NCBI GenBank assembly: GCA_009103225.1
Contig: RHPI01002438.1
Coordinates: 812,755 to 876,754, forward strand
DNA: 64,000 nucleotides
Source: Chlorokybus atmophyticus
Lineage: Eukaryota > Plantae > Mesostigma and Chlorokybus algae
Direction of reading: 5' to 3'
The first letter of the stretch is position 1, and the number at the start of each line of letters is the position of its first letter. The notes below the pieces were generated by a model. That model had not been told where the DNA came from, did no database searches, and was given only the letters and a program-made list of their open reading frames with translations. Below, piece by piece: positions 52,361 through 64,000 of this stretch. Both the position numbers and the translations under genes were made by a program.

Positions 52361-53147
52361 CCTACGTGACAAATTTGCGGGGGCTGTGTTTGTATATTTG
52401 TAAGCGGACCACTGGAGTGGAGGTACCCCACATCGTATGATTATGATTAAGTAGAGTTGCAGTGTTGCAATGTGGCCCATAGTGGGCACATGATGTGGGC
52501 CACATGGCTATTGCCACCAGATTGTAATTCGTACTCTGAATTTTAATCCAACGGCCCCAGTCTTGTCTACACCGCCCAGCCTATCAGAAGGCTGAATTTG
52601 GTAATGCGCGCGAGTTGCGCGCGTTTGTCGGTCCTCGACCGGACTCTGCCGGTCGCGACCGGCGTCCCCTCGCTTCCTACCAGCTGATGCAAGACCGCGG
52701 CAACCTTGCGTGATTCACATCCTGGGGCCCAGGATTCCTGGCCCCCGACCTCATTGTGAGAACAGCGATCCCATCTGTGGCACATGCGGTGAACTTGCCA
52801 GGCTGAATGTTGCATGCATAGAATGGTGAATGTTGCATGCATAGAATGGTGAATGAAATTCTTAGCACCAATATCTGGGTGCTCACGCGGCTGACGGCAG
52901 CGGCCAGCGTTACTGCGTGCCGTTGGCTGGTCAATATCAGACGGTAAGGAAGGCGGTCCTCGCTTAGCGAAACGGCGTGCGGCGCACGAGCCGTCGGATG
53001 GAGTTTTGAAGTTTTTGTCTTATCATCCGCGCGTGGGACCAGGCCAGGGCCAGGGCCAGGCCGGGCCAGGCTGGGGCGGGTGGAGGGGTGGTCGTCCCGC
53101 CAGGCCTGGGCGGCGGAGGGGCTAAGGGATCGGGGGGGGAGCAAGCA

Positions 53148-56100
53148 ATGCGGAGGGATGTGATGGGAGCTGGAGCGTCTAACGCAGCGACGACGGTGGG
53201 GGCGTTCTGCTGGTGCCTCCTGCTGCTGCTGCTGCTGGTGGGGTGCTGCTGCGACAGCGTGAGCGCTGTTGACCAGGCCGGACGCAGCGTGCCGCGCCGG
53301 GTGCTTGGCGAGGACGGCGTTGAGCATGGCGATGACTCCTCCCAAGTTTTACAGGTTCTACTGACGCTTCCGGCATGTCGGGATGCTGTCGTTGCTCGAA
53401 TGCAGCCGTTCTGTCGGGCCGTTAGCAGCAAGCTTGCATTGCAGCCGGGACAGGCTGCTCATTTGTCAGCTCTCAGTATCCTTCTTTTCTTGCTGTCAAC
53501 TGTGTTGGCTGCGCTCAGTCTGACTGCATTGTCAGCTGTTAAGCCATGTGGATGAATGTGGAGCGCACATCCTTCAATGGTGCATGCGGTTGACTTACAG
53601 AGCAGGTTTTGGTGCGAGCTTCTGGTATGGCAACAGCGTCTTTTAAATTAATTCTAAGTAGCTTGTCCAGCACCTCTCCGCCCTGAGGTTATACATGCCA
53701 TCACGTAGCTGTGCACCACATGTTGGCCACTGTGGTATGCTACTCCACGCCAGCAATGCCTGATGGCGGGGGGACATTAGCAATGCATGAATTGTAAAGC
53801 AGTTTTTTTGGTGGCTCTTCTCAACCAGCAAGAGCAAATCATTTCTAACTTCAATTGTGTCTCAAGCCAGCTTGTAAGCACACCACATCCATGCACTGTG
53901 AACTCATTGTCATCGCTGGTTGCTACTGTTCTGTATGGCTAGGGTGTTGCATGGTACACCTAGTCACACATTCTCCCCCATATTTGGCCTCATGCATGGC
54001 TTTATGGCTAACTACATGGCTCAAAGCACATGATTATACAACCTGGCTTGTTTTGCACGCGAGTTGGCTGAATTGCTGTTTGCCGACAGCTGGGTAAACA
54101 TCCACGAGCGGGAGCATGTCAGTCGGGGTCGGGACACCAATGCGATGTGCTGGTGTCCATTGTTACCTCCCAAGAGGGTCACGACAGACTCGCACTGATG
54201 AAAAGCACATGGCTGGCTGGAGTGCCACACCTGTTTGTGAGCTCTACGCCAGACCCTGCACTGGATATCACCCCCAGCGAGGAACCCCGGTTTCGAGCTC
54301 GCACGTTGGACATGATAGCAAAAGCTGCTGCAATGAGTGGCTCCTTCAAGTGGCTTGTTGTTGGCAGTGTGCACACGTACTTTGTGCTCTCCAACTTGGT
54401 GCCTTTCCTGCAGGTATAAAACAACAGCCCGCAAACAGCAGGAGAATGCGCTTTGCTGTGTACACAAAGTGCCTCATCATGGCTGATGTATGCTTGCGGG
54501 GCGTGCAGGAGCTGGACCATACAACACCGTACTTTCTGGGTGCACTGCCAGCAGACACATCATTAGCAGACCATCGTGGTGAGGTTTGCTCATGGGACGA
54601 GCCGCATCCATGCAGAAGCGCCAACCAATCGTACCCGCCGTACTGGCCGTCATTCCGCGCGGGGTTCGTGCTGAGTGAGGGGCTCGTGCGGGCTTTGGGC
54701 GTAGACACCTGGCGATCGTGCTTCCAGGAGAAGAGGCTGAAAATGGAGCCAACATGGGCTGCCAAGCTGAAAGACAAAGACACATTGGAAGTTGCTTACT
54801 GCATATATGCCAACGGCTACGCCCTGAGTCTGGGCCCGCCTCTTGCTTTCCATTGGGACAAGTTTGCTTATGAACCGCTCAACCCGCCGGTGTTGTCGCC
54901 ATGGCGTAGGCCGTTTAGCTTGTATGCGCCGACAGAGGAGATGACTAAGGACATCCTTGCTTTTGAGCGTGCGGAGTTTGAGGCCGAGCAGCGCGCGTGG
55001 CCTGCGTGCTTCAAGGACGATGACACGCCGATGGTGTGGGAGTACAACAACTTCCGCGGCATTGGAGACCGCATCATCGACTTTGTCGGCGCCTGGTCTG
55101 TCGCATGGGTCAAGTGCAAGCGGATTTGGCTGCCTTGGAAGGGCCGCACGCAGGGTCTCCCTGCATGGGAGGACCTGTTCCTCAACAACCTGGAGGGAGC
55201 AAAGGTTGTCACGGTTCGCGACTACAAACAGTTTGAAGAACGCATCAAGCTTGTACTTCCACACTCCGAGCCATTGGGTTTCCCGGATGTCGGTTCAGGT
55301 CGTGCCTTTCCAGAAACACTGTACACATACTTCAACCTTCATCAGCAGGGCGTATCCTGGAGGCAGTTCCAGCTGACATACCAGATGCTGGCCAAGCGCC
55401 TTCAGATCGTGCCCAAGGTGAGCACAACTTGACCAGCGCTCTATGTTTGAGGATGCTTGCAGTGTTTGCGTCCAAGTTGCAGGCACTGGAGTGTCCCGTT
55501 GTCACTTCAAAGACAGTCAACGCAGCATGTTGTATTATATCATTACTATGTCTTGAATACGGCCTCAAATACTGTTCAGTACTGTGTTGCAACATCAGAC
55601 CTTTGCAGCGTTGGTGCATAATCATGGGCTACAACAGTCGTGCAGAGTCTGCGCAGCAAGTATCTCTCTCGCAGCAAGCAGACGCAGTCCTCTTCTGATC
55701 TCTGAAACTGCGCAGGTGGATGAAAGGCTTGAGGAGATGCGCCAGAAGGTGCGGGGCGCAATCGGGCTACATATCCGGCGAGGTGATAAGGTCAACGCGC
55801 GATACCCTGGCCCATGGACTCTCACCAACGAGCAGCTGAAGCTCCTGGATGAGAAGACGCACGAGTTTATCGTGGAGATCCTACAGAGGTACCCCAAAAC
55901 CACCTTTTTCATTGCGACTGACAGCCAAGAGGCTGAAGAGGACTACAAGGAGACTGTTCTCAGCCATGACGGCAATGTTGTCCTAGTACCAAAGGTGAGT
56001 TGGTGTTTGTCGGTTGTTGTGCAGGCATTGTTACGGGCAGTGCATTTGCTGCATTTGTCAGTGTTCTGTCAACAGACAAATGCATGCGGCGTGGGTGTTG

Positions 56101-56423
56101 CGTGGTTGTGTTGTGTGTATGGACTGAAGCTGGCAATATAGGTGTTTGGCGGCGGGTTCGACCATGGCGTCAGCGGTGCATTGGATGATTTGCAGCTGCT
56201 TGCTGAGACCGCGGGCATTCTTCAATCTTGCACAGTTAGCAGCTTCTCTGGTGTGGCGTCGTTCCTGGGAACAAAGCCCCTGCTCAACCTCCTGCCCAAC
56301 AACACGTATTTTGGGGAGGGACCCAAGAATGTGAACGCGGCGTTCTTGTACGATATTGCATTGCTTTGGGAACAACGACATATTTGGTTGGACAAAGTAA
56401 AAGATGCACTAAGTTTCCAGTAG
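53148..56423 (+). CDS. Secretory-pathway fusion of a GT31/Fringe-like domain and a fucosyltransferase-like (GT11/GT23/GT37-type) domain
   Basis: Hydrophobic leader. GT31-like part: MKSTWL...KWLVVGSVHTYFVLSNLVPFL...PYFLG...RAGFVLSEGLVRAL...LEVAYCI. FucT-like part: RGIGDRII, AIGLHIRRGDK, FFIATDS and ALDDLQLLAET...SSFSGVA, then stop at 56423. Confidence 0.75.
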
Positions 56424-57143
56424 GTTACACCAGGACCAGATTTGCACCAGCTTATTTGTCCTCCTGTGCAGCTGACTGCTTTGGTTTGCGGGACATGCAT
56501 GCATACGGTATAGCAATGCAAATCACAATGCATGCAGGCACGGTGTATTGAGGTGCTACCCATGCATGCGGATTGACCACAACTTACCATTGCAAAGCCT
56601 GCTTACTCAGTGCCCAGATCTCAACCACGCAAGTCTGCAACACTTGTGGATTCCGAGCGCAAGGTCATTGGCTGGCAGTGGATGGGGCCCAAGGGCGCAA
56701 TACAATGATAGCACTTGATTTGTCTTGCGAAGTTTGACCAGTATGTTGCGATGCGCAGGTTCTCTTTGCTGCTCACCGCCAACACCGCCGCTACTGCCCA
56801 CTGCTTGCGCTACTGTTGCTGCCTGAGGGTCTTAGATGAAGGTCCTAGCAATGTCGTAGTTTATTGTATGAGTTGGGTGATGTGCTCAGCTTTACCTTGG
56901 CCCATGCAAAGCCATGCTGATCGCTATTGCTTGCATCTGCCCTTTTGGATGAGCTTGCTATACAGCAATTCTTATGTGCATAGGTTGTTTTGCGGGCTGC
57001 CTCTTCTGTCACTGCGCCTCTCCTCCTGCCATCACAGTTGTTGATGCAGGTGGCTTGTTCTTTGTTGTTAAATGTAGCGCTATTACAATGAGACATTGAC
57101 AACATCTATCAATCATTGATCTTGTAGTCTAAGCAAAGCCACC

Positions 57144-57145
<2 letters not shown>

Positions 57146-57195
<50 letters not shown>
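57146..57195. repeat. (GA)n microsatellite
   Basis: Direct run. Confidence 0.95.
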
Positions 57196-57197
<2 letters not shown>

Positions 57198-57489
57198 CAT
57201 TCTGCTGTGAATTGTGTTTAGCGTAAAGCTGCTCACCTCTCTCCTCTTCTCTCCTATCTCACACCGCAAGTAAAGGTCACGGCCTGCATGCACTCGCGTC
57301 TGACTCACATCCCCTGCTGTGTGTCGCTCCTGCCTGTCCTGCATTGCGTTGCATATAAAAGGGCCAGCCCCTTGAGTATCATCAACGCTCTCTTACAGCG
57401 ATAGCACGTGCGTCCCGGACGCACGTTGTTCATAACGGGCCTTGATGTACTCGCAATCGTGGCTACCAATCAAATAATAACCAAACAAT

Positions 57490-57735
57490 ATGCACTGGTG
57501 GACATCTTGGTCACTACAATTGAGAGTGGCCTGCCCATCCCTTAGAAATATATTTATGGCTGGCTATAGCGACGACGCTACGGGGCTATTGCATTGTTTG
57601 CTGTGTCTATGTGCTTGAGTCTCTTCTTGTCATGCAAGTTGCCGTATTCTTCTGATTGGCCCCTGCTGCCTATCAAACATTTGTTGTGTCTTATGCACAC
57701 ACACAAGCCACCGGCAAAGCTTGCAGCTGAATGTA
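57490..57735 (+). repeat. Third copy of the dispersed repeat seen at 19845-20345
   Basis: cttggtcactacaattgagagtggcctgccca...tggctatagcgacgacgctacggggctattgcattgtttgctgtgtctatgtgcttg, ending gcaaagcttgcagctga. Confidence 0.7.
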
Positions 57736-58549
57736 ACTGTTGCATTGCACTAGTTGGGTGACGAGGAGATGCACCCCATGTTCACATGTGTGTGCATGCG
57801 TGTGTGTGCAAGTGCATACTTGTATTGTTGCTTGTGCTGAGCACGAATTTTACAATATCTTTGCTTGCTATATCCCACCAATCCAATGCCTAATCAATGC
57901 GAGGCTAGTCTAGTGTCCAACAGCTTTTTGCATCACAGCATTGGGTTTTCGCTCCCAAGGTTGTGATGCAAGTGCGAAAAATATTGCCTGCGCAGCTATT
58001 CTACAAGTTGTCTATCTACATGTCAGTAGTTTGGAGCCCTAAATAAAGTGGTGAGAATTCTCAGTGGCGTGCACATCTCCACAAGCGCCACGACTTCATA
58101 GGGTTACACGAACTGCACAGATTTGCACCTACATGCCGGCTTGATCACAGAACCATCCAAATCTGATGTTGTGAGGGGATGCAATAGTAGTAGCTCGTGC
58201 AAATTTGGTTATCTCTTTCCTTGGCCTGAGCAGCCTTTTACACACGTGTCGCCTGCTGGAGCGCCTGAACTGAAACACCACAAAGACACAGGTAGTATCA
58301 ATCACTGCTTGATGAGAATGCCATTAAGAAAAGGCATCAGGAGTACTGCAGTGGGGGAAACAAAAAGCAACAACCAACAAATGACTGCCACACAGGTCGC
58401 ACCATTTGGCCAGTTGACAGGTGCAGCATTGCCAACTTGCACGCCTTGGAAGTTGGCCCGCTTTCCAGCGAGGAAGAACTGGAAAACTCGTGTTATGCGG
58501 CGATCCCCTCGCGTGTCCAGTGAGATGCTGAGAGATCAGACATCACGAC

Positions 58550-61500
58550 AACTTCATCAGTGCCAGTAACATATATACCCGCTGAGAGTTATAGAACTTG
58601 TGCTGGCATGGGCTGGCATGAAAAGCAAATGCAGCAACTCACCTGTATGTTACGTCAAAAGTGCCAGTGCGGTAATCAAACTCAGTCTGCCAGAAGTCCT
58701 TGCCATTGACAGCCTGGTTGATTGTGCTCCACCGTCTACCGTTCTGGATCTGCAGAATAGGGTTGTCGTAGCCAGTGACCCCGGTAAAGGTTATGGCGGA
58801 GTACCCGACGCCACCATTGAGGGAGAATACCGCTCGGTTGTTTGTAACCTGCAAGAGTGACATTGTTGTGTGCTTGAGCGAGTAAGGCCGGAAAGCTGCT
58901 TGCAAGGAGCAGCTTTGTTGGTGATTCGTACCTGAATCAAGATTGGGCGCGCTCGAATCAACCTGCCAGTGCTCACACGAATTTGAATGTAGTTTCCTTG
59001 GGCGTATCTCTCCATCAAACGCCAGCTGTCTTGCATGCGGCTCAGAGCACTGCGCAGGTTTCCATTGGTCCCAAAATAGTCATCCGCGTACTTGGGCAGC
59101 ACCACCTGCAGATGAGCACGCAAGAGACACATGCGTTACACACCAGAATATGCTTACAACAATCAAGCTTGTGTGCTCTTGCGCACAAGCGTGCACCAAT
59201 CTGATACACACCTGTTCGACTACAAATTGCACGTAATCACCGGGCCGCATAGTGGTGGTGCCAGGCGGGTGCGTGATCTCTAACACACTCACAGCTCCGC
59301 CAGGTGCTGCTGTGGCGCCACTTATGATGCCGCGCTCTGCAGAAGGCATGATGTTGTGAGAACTGATTCAGGAACAGACTGCCTGGGACGGGGCACAGCG
59401 CACACATGCGCACAATGCACAGAACATGGGCTACTTCTTGTGCCTTGGCACTGACCAGAAAACCAGGCGTTGACATAGCGGCCATTCACTTTGCCAACCC
59501 AGTCTCGCAGGACCCATCCACGGCTAGCAAGTGCTATGTCAGGCCTGCAAGTCAGAACAATAGTTGTGACACATTGCTGCATAGATGCTGTTCGTGAAGC
59601 ATCCCTTTGATGAGGCAGTACAGCCATCGGACAAACTTACGCGTCACCAGGCCGTCTTGGAGCACCAGTCATAGAGAACCATGTGTATCTATTCTTCAAC
59701 TCGACCAGTGGGAAGCGGTAGGCTCCATTCCAAATGTCATTTGCTGGGTTGATCACAAGGTCAGCGTGCGCCAATGTGCACGACAAAGTCAAGGTGTATG
59801 GGTTGCAGCGCAGCCTGTGGCACTTACGCGAGGTGCCAGGTTGGGCTTGCCATGTGCGCTGGAGTCCAAACTCGTTGCCATACGCCAGATCATTGTCGTA
59901 GCCGAAGGAGTAGCCCTGTCCAGCGGCCTGGAAGAATACGAAGCGGTTGAACACCATATTCTTTGTGACGTCCAAGCGAACATTGTACACGGCCCGGGCA
60001 AGGTCGTCAGTCTGATGGATTGAAGTTGTGTACTGCAGGCGATAACTGCCGTCCTGAGCACGCCCGCTGTGTGTAACCTGCAAGGCGAGTGATACAGTGA
60101 GATCCTCACTTGAGCACAGCCCTCAAAGGCAGGCCTGACATTGATCTGGTCCTATACCTCAGTGAGCACCGGCCCAGTTCGCTTCCGGTACGTCTTCATG
60201 CGGTTATTCCAAAGTATGACGTATGGCCTTTGGTAGTACACCGCAACATCTGCACCTCCGACATTGGTTGGCCAGCCGTATTTGGTCCTGTCACATCATC
60301 AGCGCTAAGCAGATGGCCAGCCCATCACAACCACATGCCGGTGTCCGACTCAGCTATACAACATACGTAGACAGGGCACGTACCGCGCAGGGTCTCCGCC
60401 AACAATGTATAGGCCTCGTGAGTCAAGAACCGCCGAGCGCACTTTCAACCCTTGGTCAGGCTCATAGCAGAATGCCTCTGCCCAGGAGCTGTAGCAAAAA
60501 TAAGCAGTCAAACAACTTGCGCCATTGAGTAATACAAGCAAGGGTTAAGGCTTTGACGCAACCCTCAACTTACCCCAATGCGGTCTGTTCCCACTGTGTA
60601 AAAGGCTGATAAGTGAGCTGCAGCTGCGCATGCGAGGCTGCTGGCTTGCCACCCCAAAAGGCACCAATGCCCGTGTACATGACTGTGTATTCAGAATACC
60701 TTGGTATCTGTCATAAAGGGTATGAGCACCAATGGCAGTGAGGTACTGTTAGTGCCAGGTGGCGAGTAATGTAAGACTAATCGCGCTCACCGGCAGTTGC
60801 ACAATAGCACGGTACCACTTAACGCTGGAATCCCAATTTTTGCTGATTTGTACTGGCACGCCTGCAATAGTTGCAACGGCATCAGCACATGTTGGCCGTG
60901 CGCATACCAATAGAGGTGTATTACATTTGGATGGAAGTCAAAAGCGTCATACCGAACGGCGTGTAGTCCGTTTTAGTGATCATAGCAGAAAGACCCGCAA
61001 TGAGGAACACCACCCCTCTCTTTTCGAAGATCAGCCGTGCAATGGCGTTGCTCGGGCTGCTGTTTACCAGGCGGACGGCAACGCGTTCAATCCTGTTCCA
61101 TCTCTCAGGGCCCAGGTTACCTTGGTCGTCGGTGCGAAGGGTGATAATGGACGCGGATGTCACATGGTCATACGACACGCTCAAAGTTTTACGCATGGGG
61201 ACAGTCTGCCAAGCACAGGCAGCAGGCTTGTCAACGATAAACAAAACACAGCAAAAGACACGATTTTTTTTTCAATGCCAGTGTGCATGGGAGATGGGAT
61301 AGGGTGCATGGCAACCTGCCATGCACCCTATCACATCCCTTCATGCATGCATACGAGAAGTGAGATACAGAGAACAGGACAGTACTGTGAACCCCAGCAG
61401 TACAGGAACACATCAAAGCTACGACTGAGATGCATGTAACTACGCATGCATGCTTCCCATCGTGGGCATACCTGTAAGGCATACACTCCGTAGATGGGGT

Positions 61501-63289
61501 TTGTAGACTTCAGCCGCTGCTCGTACTTGTCAAAACGGAGGGAAAGGATTGCAACAAGCGTATAACCTTTGGTAATCCTGTAGCTGGACACGGATGCCGT
61601 GCAGCCCTTAAGACTCCGCCCGCTGACGGTCTGATAAAAAGTGCTCATCTTGCCCCAAGGTGACGTGGCCGCATTGAAGTCGTGGTCAAGTCCTGTATGA
61701 CAAATGCAATGAAAAATGTGTACTCTAGTCTGGCATGACTACTACAGAGGCATGCTGCACTTACCAACTCCAGCGAATGACACTCCCGCAGAGGTGTAAC
61801 CTTTGATAGTCGCTGAGGAAACTACAGTAAGGACAAACTGCAGCCTGTCGGGCCAGGCAACAATCTGGAAGGACGAGTCTGCCACGGGCGCACCACGCGA
61901 CCATGTCAGTCCTGTGATTTTGCGGCGGGACAACCACCTGCGCAACACAACACGTGAGCACACGTAATGCACCCGTTGTTAATTTATAACTTGAGCCTAC
62001 CAAACTCACCGTCCGTGCTCTATAAGAATGTTCCTGCCGAACACATCTCCGTTGTTGCCGGTCACCCTGTATGTGGTCGAACCCACTGTCAATGTGAGCG
62101 CCATCGACGATGCCGGTTGTGAGTACTCTACATCATATGTGTTGATAGCAGCAGCCTCCGACACGTAGTTCTTCGGCAATCCGAAGTTCTTCAACTCCAT
62201 TGTGTTGTACTTGTATCGCATGGAATATCTGCAGCAGAAGCAGCGTTGGCACAAGCAATGGAAGCCACAAGAGTTCCAGTGCATATACGCATGCATGCAG
62301 AAACCGCAGTAAACACACAGCACTGACCGGCTCGTCTGCACGCCAATATCGATTTGTCTCAAGTTGCGCAATCCATTGGCCCAATACATGATTGTATATT
62401 CCCTGTTGGTGGTCAAAACAGCGTCTGTGGGGTTCCTGGTGGAGGTCGCAGCGAGCGTGTCAAACTTGGCAGTAGGGGCTGCATCGAGCGTCTCCATTTC
62501 CGCATTAGCAAACGAGTCGGGAAGCTTCTGAACTTTGGCCTCTTCTGTGGGGGGTGCGCTTACAAGCGAGGTGAAAGCAGATGCGGCGTTGAGGACCTGC
62601 ACTTTCGCACCAGGTCTCATGAAGGATGCACTTGTCATAAACACTGGACTGGGCGCTGGTGCCCTGCACACAAGCATGCAAACCGTTAGTGCACGCTTAC
62701 TAGTATGCCTGTCCATACAGATCTCGACCGATCCGAAGCATCATCCGTGTTCAGCAGGTCATCTCTGAATATCTTGTGTGGTAGTACTCAACCTACATGC
62801 TTGGAAAATGCATACGTAATCAGCTAGCACACATAGCAACTGCCTGTTTTGGCCCTAAGCGTGAGTACTGACCACCGTAAAACACAGGTGGCATGCAGCA
62901 ACCGACCCTCCTTGTGGGCTACTGAGACTGTTCGACTTAGAAAAGATGTCACACCCTGTGTGGGTCTGCATGCGTCCACCGGTCTAGGTGACCATAGTAG
63001 TGACAAACGCCAGCATTTAAGATCCCACTCAGCTGGTGCACATGCCACGCACACAACACCACTTGGTGACCATGTGTGGAACTTACTTGCCACTAGTGCT
63101 GTACCCGCCATCGTCGTCATTGCGTGAGGCATTACACCTGACGGTCTCCTCCGTCAACTTATACTTCAATGGTAGGCTGGACTTCTCCTTGTAGTAAGGT
63201 GTGTGGAAGGCCTTGGCGCTGACAAGCACAGCGAGGTTGAGTGAGGCCAGGCACAGCAACACCACCAGGAAAGTAGGTGCCCTCCCCAT
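58550..63289 (-). CDS. Large secreted protein of unknown function, many exons, bacterial-looking
   Basis: Signal peptide MGRAPTFLVVLLCLASLNLAVLVSA. Exons include YTIMYWANGLR, IVAWPDRLQF, RWNRIERVAVRL, ADDYFGTNGNLRSAL and GGVGYSAITFTG...NQAVNGKDFWQTEFD. The 3' end is approximate. Confidence 0.75.
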
Positions 63290-64000
63290 CTCTGCCTCCT
63301 GCAAGACAGCGACAAATGGGATAACTTCAGTTTCAGGGCTAACGCAACACGCTTGATCAAAATTGGCTGATCCCCATCGTGGCCACAACAGATTCGTCCA
63401 AAGAGGCAAAAGAACAGCTATGCTTTCCTGTCTCGGGCAACAGCAACATGAGGGGAGACGGTGGCGGACAACATACACATTGAACCAGCTGACTACAAGA
63501 AGAGATCGGCGTGGGAGGCGAGCGACTGTCGGCAATGGGGACGTTTGTGCCCGTTTAAGGCGGAAAGACATGGCGGAGACCAGAGACCATGTACGCGGCA
63601 CACACATGCAACTTATTGCACTACCCTACGCATGCACGCACAAGACATAAGCGTCGCAGACTGCAACGCTACAACACAGCTCGGCAGTTCTTACACGCTA
63701 TGCGTCTCGGTCCATCCGCAACAAGGGCGGCCTAGTGCATAGAGGAACGACGCTCTGGCACTCAACAGCCAATGCCAACTACAACACAGCTTGCATAGTG
63801 GAAGGCATAGACTTTGCGCTCGACGCCTTGAACGGACGACCACCATGCACCCGGAACGCTTGATCTCGCCGCATGTAACTCTACGGCTGCCTTGTCTTTT
63901 CATCACACCTAGCCAAGGCGAATCTCGAAGCGAACGCCGCCAGATCGTCAACCAAAAGCACGCTGTGCTTTCCGCTTTGATTCACAACGCAAACTAAAGA

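Noticed and set aside
54650-55264. 204-aa minus-strand ORF and similar ORFs antisense to GH3, gag and pol
   Set aside because: Antisense shadows of GC3-rich coding exons.
57353-57360. TATAAAAG box
   Set aside because: No downstream gene could be assigned, and a single motif is not sufficient evidence.
63691-63997. ORFs at the window end
   Set aside because: Short, overlapping on both strands, with no motif.

Overview
Intron-rich eukaryotic nuclear DNA with GT-AG introns, (CA/TG)n and (CT)n tracts, and four single-N joins at 12592, 19054, 44261 and 45515. The host cannot be assigned from sequence alone. The iMet-type PBS and plant-like USP, GRDP and CCHC proteins hint at a green alga, which is inference only. 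Host genes: a glycine-rich domain protein (GRDP), a membrane-anchored GH3 beta-glucosidase, a USP-domain protein, a multi-CCHC zinc-knuckle protein, a WCPYC thioredoxin-fold protein, a GT-A glycosyltransferase, a GT31-like/fucosyltransferase fusion and a large secreted bacterial-looking protein. Two mobile elements stand out. (1) A ~12.6-kb decayed Plavaka-type DNA transposon (~20573-33177). Opposite its transposase it carries a prokaryote/phage-type C5 cytosine methyltransferase, apparently fused to Tudor, Cys-rich and OTU-protease-like modules, plus two orphan genes and a 53-bp subterminal repeat array. (2) A young, apparently intact chromodomain Ty3/gypsy retrotransposon (45516-52360). Its gag and pol are separated by one in-frame UAG, it has an extra ~130-aa methyltransferase-like domain before the protease, and its LTR is built from five back-to-back hairpins. 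Exon structures were assembled by eye and family calls are motif-based; no database search was run.
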